Of a stretch of 64,000 bases of DNA, positions 17,934 through 27,318 are shown in pieces; position 1 is the first letter of the stretch, and each line of letters starts with the position of its first letter. The DNA is from Ruminococcus sp. (GTDB taxonomy: Bacteria > Bacillota > Clostridia > Oscillospirales > Acutalibacteraceae). The notes below the pieces were generated by a model, which saw nothing but the letters and a program-made list of their open reading frames with translations, made no database searches and was not told the DNA's origin. The translations under genes and the position numbers were made by a program. The DNA lies in assembly GCA_022768065.1 (NCBI GenBank), contig JALELS010000026.1, positions 8,961-72,960 on the forward strand, read 5' to 3'.

Positions 17934-18869
17934 TTACGCTTTGTCTGCGCAGCCGAGAACTGTCTCAATCTTATGAGAAACGACCTCTTCAATAAGGTCT
18001 CTTGCGGGAGCAAGATACTTACGGGGATCGAAATCGCCGGGCTTCTCAACAAAGTGCTTACGGATAGCAGCCGTCATAGCGATACGGATATCGGAGTCTA
18101 CATTGATTTTGCAGACAGCCATTTTAGCAGCCTCGCGGAGCATATCCTCGGGAATACCGATAGCGTCGGGCATCTGTCCGCCGTACTCATTGATCATCTT
18201 GATATGGTCCTGATTTACAGAGCTTGCGCCGTGGAGTACGATCGGGAAACCGGGGAGCTTTTTGCCGACTTCTTCAAGGATGTCGAAACGGAGCTGCGGC
18301 TTCTGACCGGGCTTAAATTTGTATGCGCCGTGGCTTGTGCCTATGGCTATGGCAAGCGAATCAACGCCTGTTCTCGTAACGAAGTCAAGAACCTGCTCGG
18401 GTCTTGTGTAAGAAGCATCCTCGGCGCTTACGTTAACTGCGTCCTCAATGCCTGCGAGAGTACCGAGCTCGCCCTCAACAACTACGCCGTGAGCGTGAGC
18501 ATATTCAACTACCATCTTGGTGAGTGCGATATTCTCCTCATACGGAAGAGAAGAACCGTCTATCATAACCGAAGTAAATCCGCCGTCTATGCACGCCTTG
18601 CAGGTCTCGAAATCGGGGCCGTGGTCAAGGTGAAGAGCTATCGGAAGACCGGTCTCCTCTGCGGCAGCCTTTACCATAGCTACAAGATAGTTATGGGAAG
18701 CATATTTTCTTGCGCCTGCGGAAACCTGAAGAATTACGGGTGCATTGTGCTTTTTGCAAGCTCTTGTGATACCCTGAATAATCTCCATATTGTTGACGTT
18801 GAAAGCGCCTATTGCATAGCCGCCCTCATAAGCCTTTTTGAACATTTCTGTCGTTGTTACCAATGGCAT
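17934..18869 (-). CDS. fba: Class II fructose-1,6-bisphosphate aldolase
   Basis: 311 aa with class II aldolase signatures (GYAIGAFNVNNME, LHLDHG, HGASS). The long plus-strand ORF at 17868-18872 is its antisense shadow. Confidence 0.95.
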   Translation of the reverse strand: MPLVTTTEMFKKAYEGGYAIGAFNVNNMEIIQGITRACKKHNAPVILQVSAGARKYASHNYLVAMVKAAAEETGLPIALHLDHGPDFETCKACIDGGFTSVMIDGSSLPYEENIALTKMVVEYAHAHGVVVEGELGTLAGIEDAVNVSAEDASYTRPEQVLDFVTRTGVDSLAIAIGTSHGAYKFKPGQKPQLRFDILEEVGKKLPGFPIVLHGASSVNQDHIKMINEYGGQMPDAIGIPEDMLREAAKMAVCKINVDSDIRIAMTAAIRKHFVEKPGDFDPRKYLAPARDLIEEVVSHKIETVLGCADKA

Positions 18870-18949
18870 TGAAAGTCACTCCTTGAGTTTTTATATTATT
18901 TGATTTATTGTTTCTTCAGCATTTCGGAAATTCCCCGAATTGCGAACAT

Positions 18950-18978
18950 ATTATAACGCACAGTATCAAATATGTCAA
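18950..18978 (-). promoter_or_regulatory. Consensus sigma-70 promoter of fba
   Basis: Minus strand reads TTGACA (18978-18973), a 17-nt spacer, then TATAAT (18955-18950). Both hexamers are perfect. Confidence 0.65.
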
Positions 18979-19098
18979 ATCATAATCTTTAAAAGCAGCG
19001 GTATTTTGCGGATTATCCGTCCGAAGCAAAACGGCAAAATACCGCCGCTGTAACAGGAGACGGCGCTTTCTCATATTATGGCAAAAGGAGGCGATAGC

Positions 19099-20112
19099 AT
19101 GAAAAGTATGCTTTTGCCGGGCGATATGCGCTCCGGACTGTTCCCCGAAAAAGATGACGGCACATACATATTTCTTTGCGGCGGCACGGGTCTTTTGCGC
19201 CGTGAGACGCTGCGCATTTTAAAGAACTGCTTTGCCCGCGAATGCGACGAATTTTATTCGATATACGGCGGCAATGAGCTTTGCGCTCTTAACATACCGC
19301 AAAAAAGCGCCGTAATTGCCGACAGTGTTTATTTTGGCTTTCACGGCGGCAATTACCCGAAACCGAATGTGATTTTTTTAAGTCTGGACGATTTTTCCGA
19401 TGTTCGTCCGAAATTTGAAACGCCCGAAACAAATAAAAGCAAAAACGCATTTGCGGTTTTTAACGAGAACTGTAAAAGATACCTGTGTGCCTCGGCTGCG
19501 GCAAAAAAGGTTCTCAATACCGAAGCCGAAAAAAGCCTTGACAAGCGCCGTATTGTCGATTATGCCGTGCGATTTTTGAAACGAAGCGGCACAGTAGTCA
19601 CCGAAAAGAAAAGCAGACCGAAGTTATTAAGAGCAAGCGCCGTAACCCCGTGGGGTGTTGAATGCGTATACGATGAATTTGAAACATGCGAAACGGTTTT
19701 TGTAATAAAAGACGAGTGCGGCGCGCTGTCAAACGAGCTTATATCGGCAATATGCGGCAGGCTTCAAAAATTCGGTGAAAATTATCAGGTTTATTTCTGT
19801 TCGCTCAGCTCTCTTGCGGAGCATCTTATCATACCGTCTCTTTCCGTCGGATTTTTTACGGAAAACAGCTCGCACAAATACGATTTTCGGAACCGCCGAA
19901 ATTTATCCGCCTCACGGTTTTTGCCGCCGCAGTCCGAATTATTAAAGACAGAAGCGATACCGTCGGCTCTTTTGAGTGAATTTCTCGACGAGGCTGTTTT
20001 TTCGCTTTTTGAAGCGACGCGTAATATGTTTTCGGCGGAAAAGGAATTGTCGAAGGGCAGAGAAAATGCTTCACTGCTGTGCGCCGAGAAAATAATCACA
20101 AGCTTTTTCTGA
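19099..20112 (+). CDS. Hypothetical protein (no domain recognised)
   Basis: Long open frame. AAAGGAGG lies 7 nt upstream of the ATG at 19099, so the track start at 19078 is probably an extension. I recognise no motif; Cys-rich, no TM segment or signal peptide. Confidence 0.55.
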   Translation: MKSMLLPGDMRSGLFPEKDDGTYIFLCGGTGLLRRETLRILKNCFARECDEFYSIYGGNELCALNIPQKSAVIADSVYFGFHGGNYPKPNVIFLSLDDFSDVRPKFETPETNKSKNAFAVFNENCKRYLCASAAAKKVLNTEAEKSLDKRRIVDYAVRFLKRSGTVVTEKKSRPKLLRASAVTPWGVECVYDEFETCETVFVIKDECGALSNELISAICGRLQKFGENYQVYFCSLSSLAEHLIIPSLSVGFFTENSSHKYDFRNRRNLSASRFLPPQSELLKTEAIPSALLSEFLDEAVFSLFEATRNMFSAEKELSKGRENASLLCAEKIITSFF

Positions 20113-20170
20113 AATTCCGTATGATATGAATATTTGAGGATTTGGAATTTTAAGACGCAAAGCACAAAAT

Positions 20171-20200
20171 AAAACGGCAAAGCCAAGGCTTCGCCGTTTT
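20171..20200. terminator. Bidirectional terminator between the hypothetical gene and the fucosidase gene
   Basis: AAAACGGCAAAGCC-AA-GGCTTCGCCGTTTT, a 12-bp stem with one G-U pair, flanked by A and T runs. Confidence 0.65.
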
Positions 20201-20294
20201 ACAAATCGGATTATTAAATTTACTCCCGAAACGGTTTGTTTTCCGCAAAAACGCCGCAAATCGAGTCTGAGCGTTTTCTTTAGGAGTTCCGAGC

Positions 20295-21719
20295 TTATTC
20301 GGAAAGGTAAGCCTCGGCTTTCAGCAGAGTCGCCTTTACTCTGTATGAGGTTATTACGATTTTTATCCTGCGGGCGGTCTTTGCACGCTTTAAAAGGCAA
20401 ATTTTCTTATAACCTATAACAGTGCCCTTATACAGCTTTTTCCATTTGCCGTTTTTCTCGTAATAAATCTTAAACGACTCTATCTGCTGACCGGTTGCTA
20501 TATTTTCCTGAAGAACCAGCTTGTCGAAATTTATGCTCTTTCCGAAGTCTATTACAATCTCCGGCTCTTCGTCGTCCGACGCCGCCTGCCAATAAAGCGA
20601 GTCGTCGTCCTCTATTATATTTTTGGCAAGATGCTCGCTGTCGGTCTCGCTTGACGAAGTAGCTTTGGCATTTGCCGCCAGATTTTCGGGGAACTGACGT
20701 TTTAAAAGTCTGCCGAAGCTGTCGAGCGTGAGTTCGTCCGTCTTTGCTATCTTACCGCGTCTGTCGGGCGGAATATTGAGGAGCAAGGCGGCGTTTCCGC
20801 CTACCGATTTCACATAAACATCGTAGAGTTTCTTTAAGGATTTGACCTTTGTATCCTCGTTTTCGTGGTAAAACCAGCCGGGGCGGATTGAGACGTCCAC
20901 TTCGGCAGGATACCATATAAAGGCTGTTTCGCCTTTTATCGCCTTGCGCGAACCGAGGTCAAGGGTCATCTCGTTATGCTTTTTGCGGAACTTCTCGTCG
21001 TCAACCTTTTGCGATTTTTCGGCGATATAGTCGTTTTTGGAAAGCCATGCCGGCACAACACTCCACTCGGACGAACGGCACACGCCCGCTTCGTTGCCTA
21101 TCCAGCGGACGTCGGGTCCGCTGACGCAGATAACCGCGTTCGGCTGAAGCTCGCGGACAAGGGAATAGTAACCGTTCCAATCGTACTTCTGAACCTTGCC
21201 GTTGGGACCCTCTCCGCACGCGCCGTCAAGCCATACGCAAAAGATGTCGCCGTAGTTTGTGAGAAGCTCACGGAGCTGATTTTTATAATACGTGTTGTAT
21301 TCGGCTCCGCTGCCGTAGGTCTTTTCGTGTCTGTCCCACGGGGACAGGTATACGCCGAAGCCCAAAGAGTATTTGCGGCAAGCCTCTGCGACCTCCTTTA
21401 CAATGTCGCCGTTTCCGTCTTTAAACGGGCTGTTCTTAACGGAATAGTCCGTGTACTCGGACGGCCAAAGGCAAAAACCGTCATGATGCTTGCAGGTTAA
21501 TATCAGCGCCTTCATCCCGGCGCTCTTTACCGACATTGCCCATTGTTCGGCGTCAAAATCGGTGGGATTAAAAACCTCGGGCGGCGTTTTGCCGTCGCCC
21601 CATTCTTTACCCGTAAACGTATTCATTCCGAAATGACAAAAAGCGTAAAATTCGGTTTTTTGCCACTTTAACTGTCTTTCCTCCGGGACTATACCGGCAG
21701 CTTTTTCAAAATCCTGCAT
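20295..21719 (-). CDS. Alpha-L-fucosidase (GH29) with C-terminal F5/8 type C (discoidin) domain
   Basis: The N-terminal region is GH29-like (FYAFCHFGMNTF, KHHDGFCLWPS, WLDGACGEG). The C-terminal ~130 aa look like a discoidin/CBM32 domain. No signal peptide. Confidence 0.88.
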   Translation of the reverse strand: MQDFEKAAGIVPEERQLKWQKTEFYAFCHFGMNTFTGKEWGDGKTPPEVFNPTDFDAEQWAMSVKSAGMKALILTCKHHDGFCLWPSEYTDYSVKNSPFKDGNGDIVKEVAEACRKYSLGFGVYLSPWDRHEKTYGSGAEYNTYYKNQLRELLTNYGDIFCVWLDGACGEGPNGKVQKYDWNGYYSLVRELQPNAVICVSGPDVRWIGNEAGVCRSSEWSVVPAWLSKNDYIAEKSQKVDDEKFRKKHNEMTLDLGSRKAIKGETAFIWYPAEVDVSIRPGWFYHENEDTKVKSLKKLYDVYVKSVGGNAALLLNIPPDRRGKIAKTDELTLDSFGRLLKRQFPENLAANAKATSSSETDSEHLAKNIIEDDDSLYWQAASDDEEPEIVIDFGKSINFDKLVLQENIATGQQIESFKIYYEKNGKWKKLYKGTVIGYKKICLLKRAKTARRIKIVITSYRVKATLLKAEAYLSE

Positions 21720-21738
21720 TAAGATATCCTTCCGATGA

Positions 21739-22548
21739 TTATGATTTTCCGAGCGTAACTATATGTATTGCGCCTGTCGGGCAGCCGGCGGCACACTTTC
21801 CGCAGCCGACACACTTATCGTAATCCACGTGCGCCGTGTTGTTTTCAACTGTAACCGCGCCTACGGGGCAAACCTTTTGGCACTTCATACAGCCTATGCA
21901 GCCGACCTTGCATTCTTTTCTTGTGAATGCGCCCTTGTTGTGATTTTTACAGGTTACCGCAGCCTTTTTTTCGTACAGCGGTAAAAGCTCGATAAGCCCC
22001 TTAGGGCAGGTATTTATGCATTTTTTACAAGCTCTGCAAAGAAGCGGATCAACTCTCGCGACACCGTCGCAAATGCTTATTGCGCCGTACTCGCAGACGT
22101 TTACGCAATCGCCGTAGCCTATGCAGCCGTATACGCAGTCCTTGGGTCCTCCGAAGAGCTGATTTGCCATCTTACAGCTTCTTTGACCCTCATAGTTAAG
22201 TTTTAACTTACTGTTTTCGTGAGTACCGTTGCAGTGAACGAACGCCGCCATGGGCTTTATGTCGCCTGCCTCTACACCGAGTACAGCCGCTATGCCTTTT
22301 GCGGCGTCGGCTCCGCCCGGAGCGCAGAGGTTAGTCTCTTTTGTCTTGCCCTCGGAAAGCGCCGCTGCATAACCGTCGCAGCCCGAAAAGCCGCAGGCGC
22401 CGCAGTTGGCTCCGGGGAGACATTCTCTTATTTTTTCGGCTGTTTCGTCCTTGGGATCAGCCATAACTATGCTCGCCACAGCAAGACCGAGTCCGCATAT
22501 CAGGCCTATGCCTGCAACAAGGATAACAGCTAATAAAATCGTGTTCAT
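21739..22548 (-). CDS. rnfB: Rnf electron transport complex subunit B (polyferredoxin)
   Basis: N-terminal TM helix, a CxxCGxxGC motif (CGACGFSGCDGY), and several CxxCxxCxxxCP 4Fe-4S motifs. Confidence 0.9.
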   Translation of the reverse strand: MNTILLAVILVAGIGLICGLGLAVASIVMADPKDETAEKIRECLPGANCGACGFSGCDGYAAALSEGKTKETNLCAPGGADAAKGIAAVLGVEAGDIKPMAAFVHCNGTHENSKLKLNYEGQRSCKMANQLFGGPKDCVYGCIGYGDCVNVCEYGAISICDGVARVDPLLCRACKKCINTCPKGLIELLPLYEKKAAVTCKNHNKGAFTRKECKVGCIGCMKCQKVCPVGAVTVENNTAHVDYDKCVGCGKCAAGCPTGAIHIVTLGKS

Positions 22549-22561
22549 TTAAAAGCCTCCC

Positions 22562-23149
22562 TTATGCAAATATGCCTTCGACAAGGCCGGAAAAGCCGAG
22601 GAACGAAAGAGAAGTAAGGCTCGCGGCAACGAGTGTTATGGGCAAGCCCTGCAAAAATTTCGGTATATCCGCGGTTTCAAGCTTTTCTCTGACTCCTGCG
22701 AACATTACCATAGCCACAAGGAAGCCTACGCCCGAACCGAAAGAATTGACAAGACCCTCAAGGAAGGTATAGCCCTCGGTTATGTTGAGTATGGTAACGC
22801 CGAGCACGGCGCAGTTTGTTGTTATAAGCGGAAGATATATGCCGAGCGCCTTATAAAGCGACGGTATATATTTTTTTAATGTTATCTCAATAAGCTGAAC
22901 AAGAGCGGCTATTACAAGAATAAACACTATGGTCTGAAGATAGCCGAGCCCGTGATTATCAAGAAATGTATTTAAGGGGTAAGTAACCGCCGAAGAAATG
23001 ACCATTACGAAAATTACCGCAAGGCTCATACCGACGGCTGTATTGAGTTTTTTGGATACGCCGAGGAACGGGCATATACCGAGGAATTTTGAGAGTATGT
23101 AGTTGTTTGTAAGAATAGCGGTCAAAATTATGGATAAATATATTTTCAT
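22562..23149 (-). CDS. rnfA: Rnf complex subunit A
   Basis: 195-aa polytopic membrane protein with an RnfA/NqrE-type N-terminus (NNYILSKFLGICPFLGVSKK). Confidence 0.93.
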   Translation of the reverse strand: MKIYLSIILTAILTNNYILSKFLGICPFLGVSKKLNTAVGMSLAVIFVMVISSAVTYPLNTFLDNHGLGYLQTIVFILVIAALVQLIEITLKKYIPSLYKALGIYLPLITTNCAVLGVTILNITEGYTFLEGLVNSFGSGVGFLVAMVMFAGVREKLETADIPKFLQGLPITLVAASLTSLSFLGFSGLVEGIFA

Positions 23150-23862
23150 TATTCAGCCGCCTCCTTTTTCTCGTTTTCGCACTTGTCGTCGCTGTCTTTA
23201 AGACTGCACGAAGCCGCCATGGGGCAGCTGCAGCACGAATGGAGCTCCGCTTTCGGTTTGCCTTTCTTTTCGGCAAGGCGGTTTGCACACGCCATAACTA
23301 TACCGAATACGAAGAATCCGCCGGGAGCCAATACAAATATCGTCATAGGCGGTATGGTTTCGGGGAGCACTTGGAAGCCCAAAAGCTTGCCTGCACCGAG
23401 AAGCTCTCTGATACCGCCCATTATTATGAGCGCACAGGTAAAGCCTATGCCCATACCGAGGCCGTCGGCAGCCGAACGTATAACGCTGTTTTTGCCTGCG
23501 AACGCCTCGGCTCTGCCGAGAATTATACAGTTGACGACTATAAGCGGCAAATACACGCCGAGCATATCGTTAAGCGCCGGCAAATAAGCCTTAACAAGCA
23601 TTTGTACTATCGTTACAAAGCCGGCTATGACGACTATGTAGCAGGGAATTCTTACCTTTGACGGAATTACCTTGCGAAGTGCCGAAATTACTATGTTTGA
23701 GCAAACCAAAACTATGGCAGCCGAAAGGCCCATACCTATGGCGCTCTCAAGCGATGTGGTGGTGGCGAGTGTGGGACACGTTCCGAGAACAAGTCTCAAA
23801 ACCGGGTTTTCCTTTAAAAGTCCCTTGGAAAACTCCTGAAATATCGTTTTCTTTTCAGCCAA
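23149..23862 (-). CDS. rnfE: Rnf complex subunit E with Cys-rich C-terminal extension
   Basis: RnfE/NqrD-type sequence (ENPVLRLVLGTCPTLATTTS) plus an extra tail, HSCCSCPMAASCSLKDSDDKCENEKKEAAE. Confidence 0.9.
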   Translation of the reverse strand: MAEKKTIFQEFSKGLLKENPVLRLVLGTCPTLATTTSLESAIGMGLSAAIVLVCSNIVISALRKVIPSKVRIPCYIVVIAGFVTIVQMLVKAYLPALNDMLGVYLPLIVVNCIILGRAEAFAGKNSVIRSAADGLGMGIGFTCALIIMGGIRELLGAGKLLGFQVLPETIPPMTIFVLAPGGFFVFGIVMACANRLAEKKGKPKAELHSCCSCPMAASCSLKDSDDKCENEKKEAAE

Positions 23863-24436
23863 CTTTCTCGCCTCCTATCTGTGAATAAAGACTGAGCGCC
23901 GTGTTTACCGCCGACGTTACCGCCTTTGATGTTATCGTGGCTCCCGTAAGAGCCTGAATTTCGGTATCGGACGCACCGTTTTTGGAAACGCCTATCGTAC
24001 CGGACTTTCCTATGTACTGATTTATAAAGCTCTCGTTTTTGGCGTTCATACCGAGACCTGCCGTCTCGCTTATAGAGAGTATTGACACACCCGTAACTTT
24101 TCCGCTTGTATCAATGCCAACCATAAGGTCAATGTCGCCGCCGTAGCCCTTTGCCGAGGTTTTGAACACATAACCTATTGTGTCGCCGGAGGCGGTTCCC
24201 ACATAGTAGGTGTAGTCATTGCCGTCGGCGCTCACCGTGAGAGCGTCCGAAAATTCGTCTGCCGAGGCTAAGACCTCTGCCTTTGTTTTATCCTCTGTCT
24301 CTTTTGACAGCTTTTGTATCTGCGGAGCCGTAAGCATATTTGTGACCGCCAGAAGAGCGGTGACCACAAGGCAAATCACAAAGAGTGAAACGGTAGGAAC
24401 CAAAATGTCCTTTGCGGTGAATTTCTTTTTCATCAC
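23855..24436 (-). CDS. rnfG: Rnf complex subunit G (FMN-binding)
   Basis: N-terminal TM anchor and an FMN_bind domain with the flavinylation motif context GATITSKAV (S/T acceptor). Confidence 0.9.
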   Translation of the reverse strand: MMKKKFTAKDILVPTVSLFVICLVVTALLAVTNMLTAPQIQKLSKETEDKTKAEVLASADEFSDALTVSADGNDYTYYVGTASGDTIGYVFKTSAKGYGGDIDLMVGIDTSGKVTGVSILSISETAGLGMNAKNESFINQYIGKSGTIGVSKNGASDTEIQALTGATITSKAVTSAVNTALSLYSQIGGEKVG

Positions 24437-25455
24437 GCTGCCGCCTCCTTTTTCTCTTTTTTCTCCTTGAGAGTTCCGAAAGGCTTGGGAGTTGTGAGAT
24501 GCTCAATATGCGGAACGAGAATGTTCATAAGGATTATCGAGAATGAAACGCCCTCGGGCAGATTTCCGAATATTCTTATGAGAGATGTTACAATTCCGCA
24601 GCCCACGGCAAATATTATTTTGCCCTTTGTGCTTATCGGCGAGGTAGTGTAATCGGTAGCCATAAATATTGCACCGAGCAAAAGTCCGCCCGACAAGAGC
24701 TGATATGCCGTAAAGGTAAGGCTGCCCTTGCCCGCTATCAGCATTATTACGGCAACCGTGCCGACGAAGCAAAGCGGAATTACGGGGGATATTACCTTAC
24801 GTATTAAAAGATAGATAAATCCGAGAAGCAGCGCTACGGCGCACGTTTCGCCGAGGCAGCCCTCTCTTACGCCGAAGAACATATTTGTGAGCGTGGGAAG
24901 CCCTGCGGCATTTATTGCCGCGTCTATATCGCCTGCTTTATACACGCTTGTCATCTGTGAAAGAGGCGTTGCGGACGTAACCGCGTCCACAGCTATATTT
25001 CTCCACGCAAACGGAGCCGGATAGTCCGACATCGCATTTGCAAACGACGTCATGAGCACGATTCTGCCGGCAAGCGCGGGGTTTACGAAGTTCTGACCTA
25101 TGCCGCCGAAGAACTGTTTTGCAACGATAATCGCAACTGCGTCGCCGATTATTACCATCCAAATCGGCATTGTGGACGGCAAATTGAAAGCCAAAAGTAT
25201 ACCCGTTACCACGGCGCTTAAATCGCCTATGGTATTATCTCTTTTCATAACCTTGCGCGCTATGTATTCAAACAGAACGCACGAGAGAACGCTCACCGCC
25301 GTAACGAGGAGCGAACGGAACCCGAACAGCACCACCGACATTATAAGCGCCGGCATAAGGGCGATAATTACGTCGAGCATTATGCTTCTTGTTGTATCGA
25401 CTGAACGCTTGTGAGGCGACGGAGATACGGTAAGCTTTATATTTTCTTCACTCAT
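24433..25455 (-). CDS. rnfD: Rnf complex subunit D
   Basis: 340-aa polytopic NqrB/RnfD-type protein (SPSPHKRS, DAVTSATPL flavinylation region). Confidence 0.93.
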   Translation of the reverse strand: MSEENIKLTVSPSPHKRSVDTTRSIMLDVIIALMPALIMSVVLFGFRSLLVTAVSVLSCVLFEYIARKVMKRDNTIGDLSAVVTGILLAFNLPSTMPIWMVIIGDAVAIIVAKQFFGGIGQNFVNPALAGRIVLMTSFANAMSDYPAPFAWRNIAVDAVTSATPLSQMTSVYKAGDIDAAINAAGLPTLTNMFFGVREGCLGETCAVALLLGFIYLLIRKVISPVIPLCFVGTVAVIMLIAGKGSLTFTAYQLLSGGLLLGAIFMATDYTTSPISTKGKIIFAVGCGIVTSLIRIFGNLPEGVSFSIILMNILVPHIEHLTTPKPFGTLKEKKEKKEAAA

Positions 25456-26786
25456 TTTTTCTGCGCCTCCGATCTTACGATTGATTTTGCGTCACGCATA
25501 AACTGAACAAGCGGTTTGCCGGCAGGGCACGTATATGCGCACGAACCGCACTCCATACAAACCATTGCGCCTGCCTTTAAAAGACTCTTTACGTCCTTTT
25601 GAACCGCATATTTATGTATTACCGTCGGCTGAAGATACATGGGGCATACCTTTGCGCATCTGCCGCAATGTATGCAAGCCGTTTCTTTTTTTATGCTGCG
25701 GTCCTTATCGGTAAACGCCAAAATTGCGTTATTGCATTTTAATATCGGGTGGTGCGTATCGACTATCGAGGTTCCCATCATAGGTCCGCCGGTAATTATT
25801 TTAACCGGGGGCTCGCGGAAGCCGCCGCACGCCTTGATTATATAATCTATCTCGGTGCCTATCGGAACGCGCACGTTCTGCGGAGCGGTTATGGCAGAGC
25901 CGTCAACCGTAAGCGAACGCGAAACAAGCGGTTTGCCCGATTTTACATAACGTGAAATAAATGCCGCGGAGGTTACGTTCATAACAACGCATCCTACGTC
26001 CGAGGGAAGCTTTCCGGGGGGAACGCGTCTGCCCGTTGCGGAAAGTATCATCATTTTTTCTGCGCCCTGCGGATATTTGGAGCGAAGCGGCATAACCTTG
26101 ATTATGTCGTCGGGGTCGTCTTTTTCGGCTATTCTCTCAAGAATTTTTATGGCGTCGGGCTTATTGTCCTCAACAGCTATTATAACTCTCTTGAAATTCA
26201 GCAAGTCCTTTAAAAGATGTACTCCGCTCATTACGTCCCACGAATTGTCGAGACATTCGCGGTAGTCAACCGTTATATACGGCTCACATTCCGCCGCGTT
26301 TATTATGAGTGTGTCAACGCTGCCGTCCTGCGGGAAATTGAGCTTTACGTGAGTCGGGAAGCCCGCTCCGCCGAGTCCTACCGCGCCGGAAGCTCTGACA
26401 GCCTTTATCAGGTCATCGTGATTTTCTACCTTAGGCGGTGTAAATTCCGCCTCTTCCATAAGCCCGTCATTTTCGATAATTACAGCCTGAGATACAAGCC
26501 CTGTGGCGGTGCGTATTTCTTTCACAGCCGTAACCTTACCAGATACGGACGCGTGCACGGGTGCGCTTACGTACTTATCGGTATCACCTACTACCTGACC
26601 CACCAGAACTCTGTCGCCGACCTTAACGGTGGGCGTGCACGGTGCACCTATGTGCTGGCTCATCGGAAGCGTGACCGTTTCCGGAGCCGGAATGCGTTTT
26701 GCCTGCATATCCTTGGTATGCTTCTCATGCGAGACATTTACGCCGCCTCTGACTTTTTTTACGGGTTTTATTATTTCAGAGTGCAT
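25452..26786 (-). CDS. rnfC: Rnf complex subunit C (NADH-binding, 2x[4Fe-4S])
   Basis: 444 aa with GLGGAGFPTHVK, an SLBB-type region, and CIHCGRCAKVCP...CMECGSCAYTCP. Confidence 0.95.
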   Translation of the reverse strand: MHSEIIKPVKKVRGGVNVSHEKHTKDMQAKRIPAPETVTLPMSQHIGAPCTPTVKVGDRVLVGQVVGDTDKYVSAPVHASVSGKVTAVKEIRTATGLVSQAVIIENDGLMEEAEFTPPKVENHDDLIKAVRASGAVGLGGAGFPTHVKLNFPQDGSVDTLIINAAECEPYITVDYRECLDNSWDVMSGVHLLKDLLNFKRVIIAVEDNKPDAIKILERIAEKDDPDDIIKVMPLRSKYPQGAEKMMILSATGRRVPPGKLPSDVGCVVMNVTSAAFISRYVKSGKPLVSRSLTVDGSAITAPQNVRVPIGTEIDYIIKACGGFREPPVKIITGGPMMGTSIVDTHHPILKCNNAILAFTDKDRSIKKETACIHCGRCAKVCPMYLQPTVIHKYAVQKDVKSLLKAGAMVCMECGSCAYTCPAGKPLVQFMRDAKSIVRSEAQKK

Positions 26787-27317
26787 TCATCTTCCTCCCT
26801 TGACATCTTTATCTATATTATGGAGCTTCGGCATAACCGCCTTCAGTATGCTGCCCGTGACGGCACCCGTAACGAGAGCCGATAAAAGAAGCACGGGGGC
26901 GTATCCTACAACGGATGTTCCCAAGACCATAACCGCGGCAACCGAAAATTGCCCCGCGTTATGAGCCAAAGCCGATAAAATACCTATTTCTATATATCCG
27001 ACATTTTTTGAAAAACGGAATAACAAATACATTACAAGAGTGCTCAGCACTCCGCCGGCAAGCGACATAAAAAATGCCGTGGCACCGCGCGTAAGAAAAA
27101 CGAACAGCGACTTTAAAAGCGCCACAGAAAGCGCCGGCAAAAGCCCCAGCTCGGACGCGGCAAACATAACGGCTATATTTGAAAATCCCGCCTTTGCCCC
27201 GGGCGGCATAAACACCGCAGTCGGTATGAGCCCCTCAAGAAAAGAGAGAGTTATTGCCACAGCCGCGGTTATACCCGTAAATGCTGCCTTATATGATTTT
27301 GTATTCGTTATCTTCAT
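26787..27317 (-). CDS. Gx transporter family membrane protein (Hpre_diP_synt_I-like, function unknown)
   Basis: 176 aa with ~5 TM segments and the family-typical motif PPGAKAGFSNIAVMF. Packed 0 nt from rnfC and 1 nt from the upstream ORF. Confidence 0.72.
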   Translation of the reverse strand: MKITNTKSYKAAFTGITAAVAITLSFLEGLIPTAVFMPPGAKAGFSNIAVMFAASELGLLPALSVALLKSLFVFLTRGATAFFMSLAGGVLSTLVMYLLFRFSKNVGYIEIGILSALAHNAGQFSVAAVMVLGTSVVGYAPVLLLSALVTGAVTGSILKAVMPKLHNIDKDVKGGR

Positions 27318-27318
27318 A

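Noticed and set aside
17868-18872. 334-aa plus-strand ORF spanning the whole fba locus
   Set aside because: It is the exact antisense shadow of a clearly recognisable class II aldolase. Its translation is low-complexity and Cys/Leu/Arg-rich, with no motif and no SD.
18921-18940. Palindrome-like ATTTCGGAAATTCCCCGAAT in the fba 5'-UTR (a possible repressor site)
   Set aside because: The arms are only 5 bp (TTCGG/CCGAA) and the centre is asymmetric, so it is too weak to call without comparative data.
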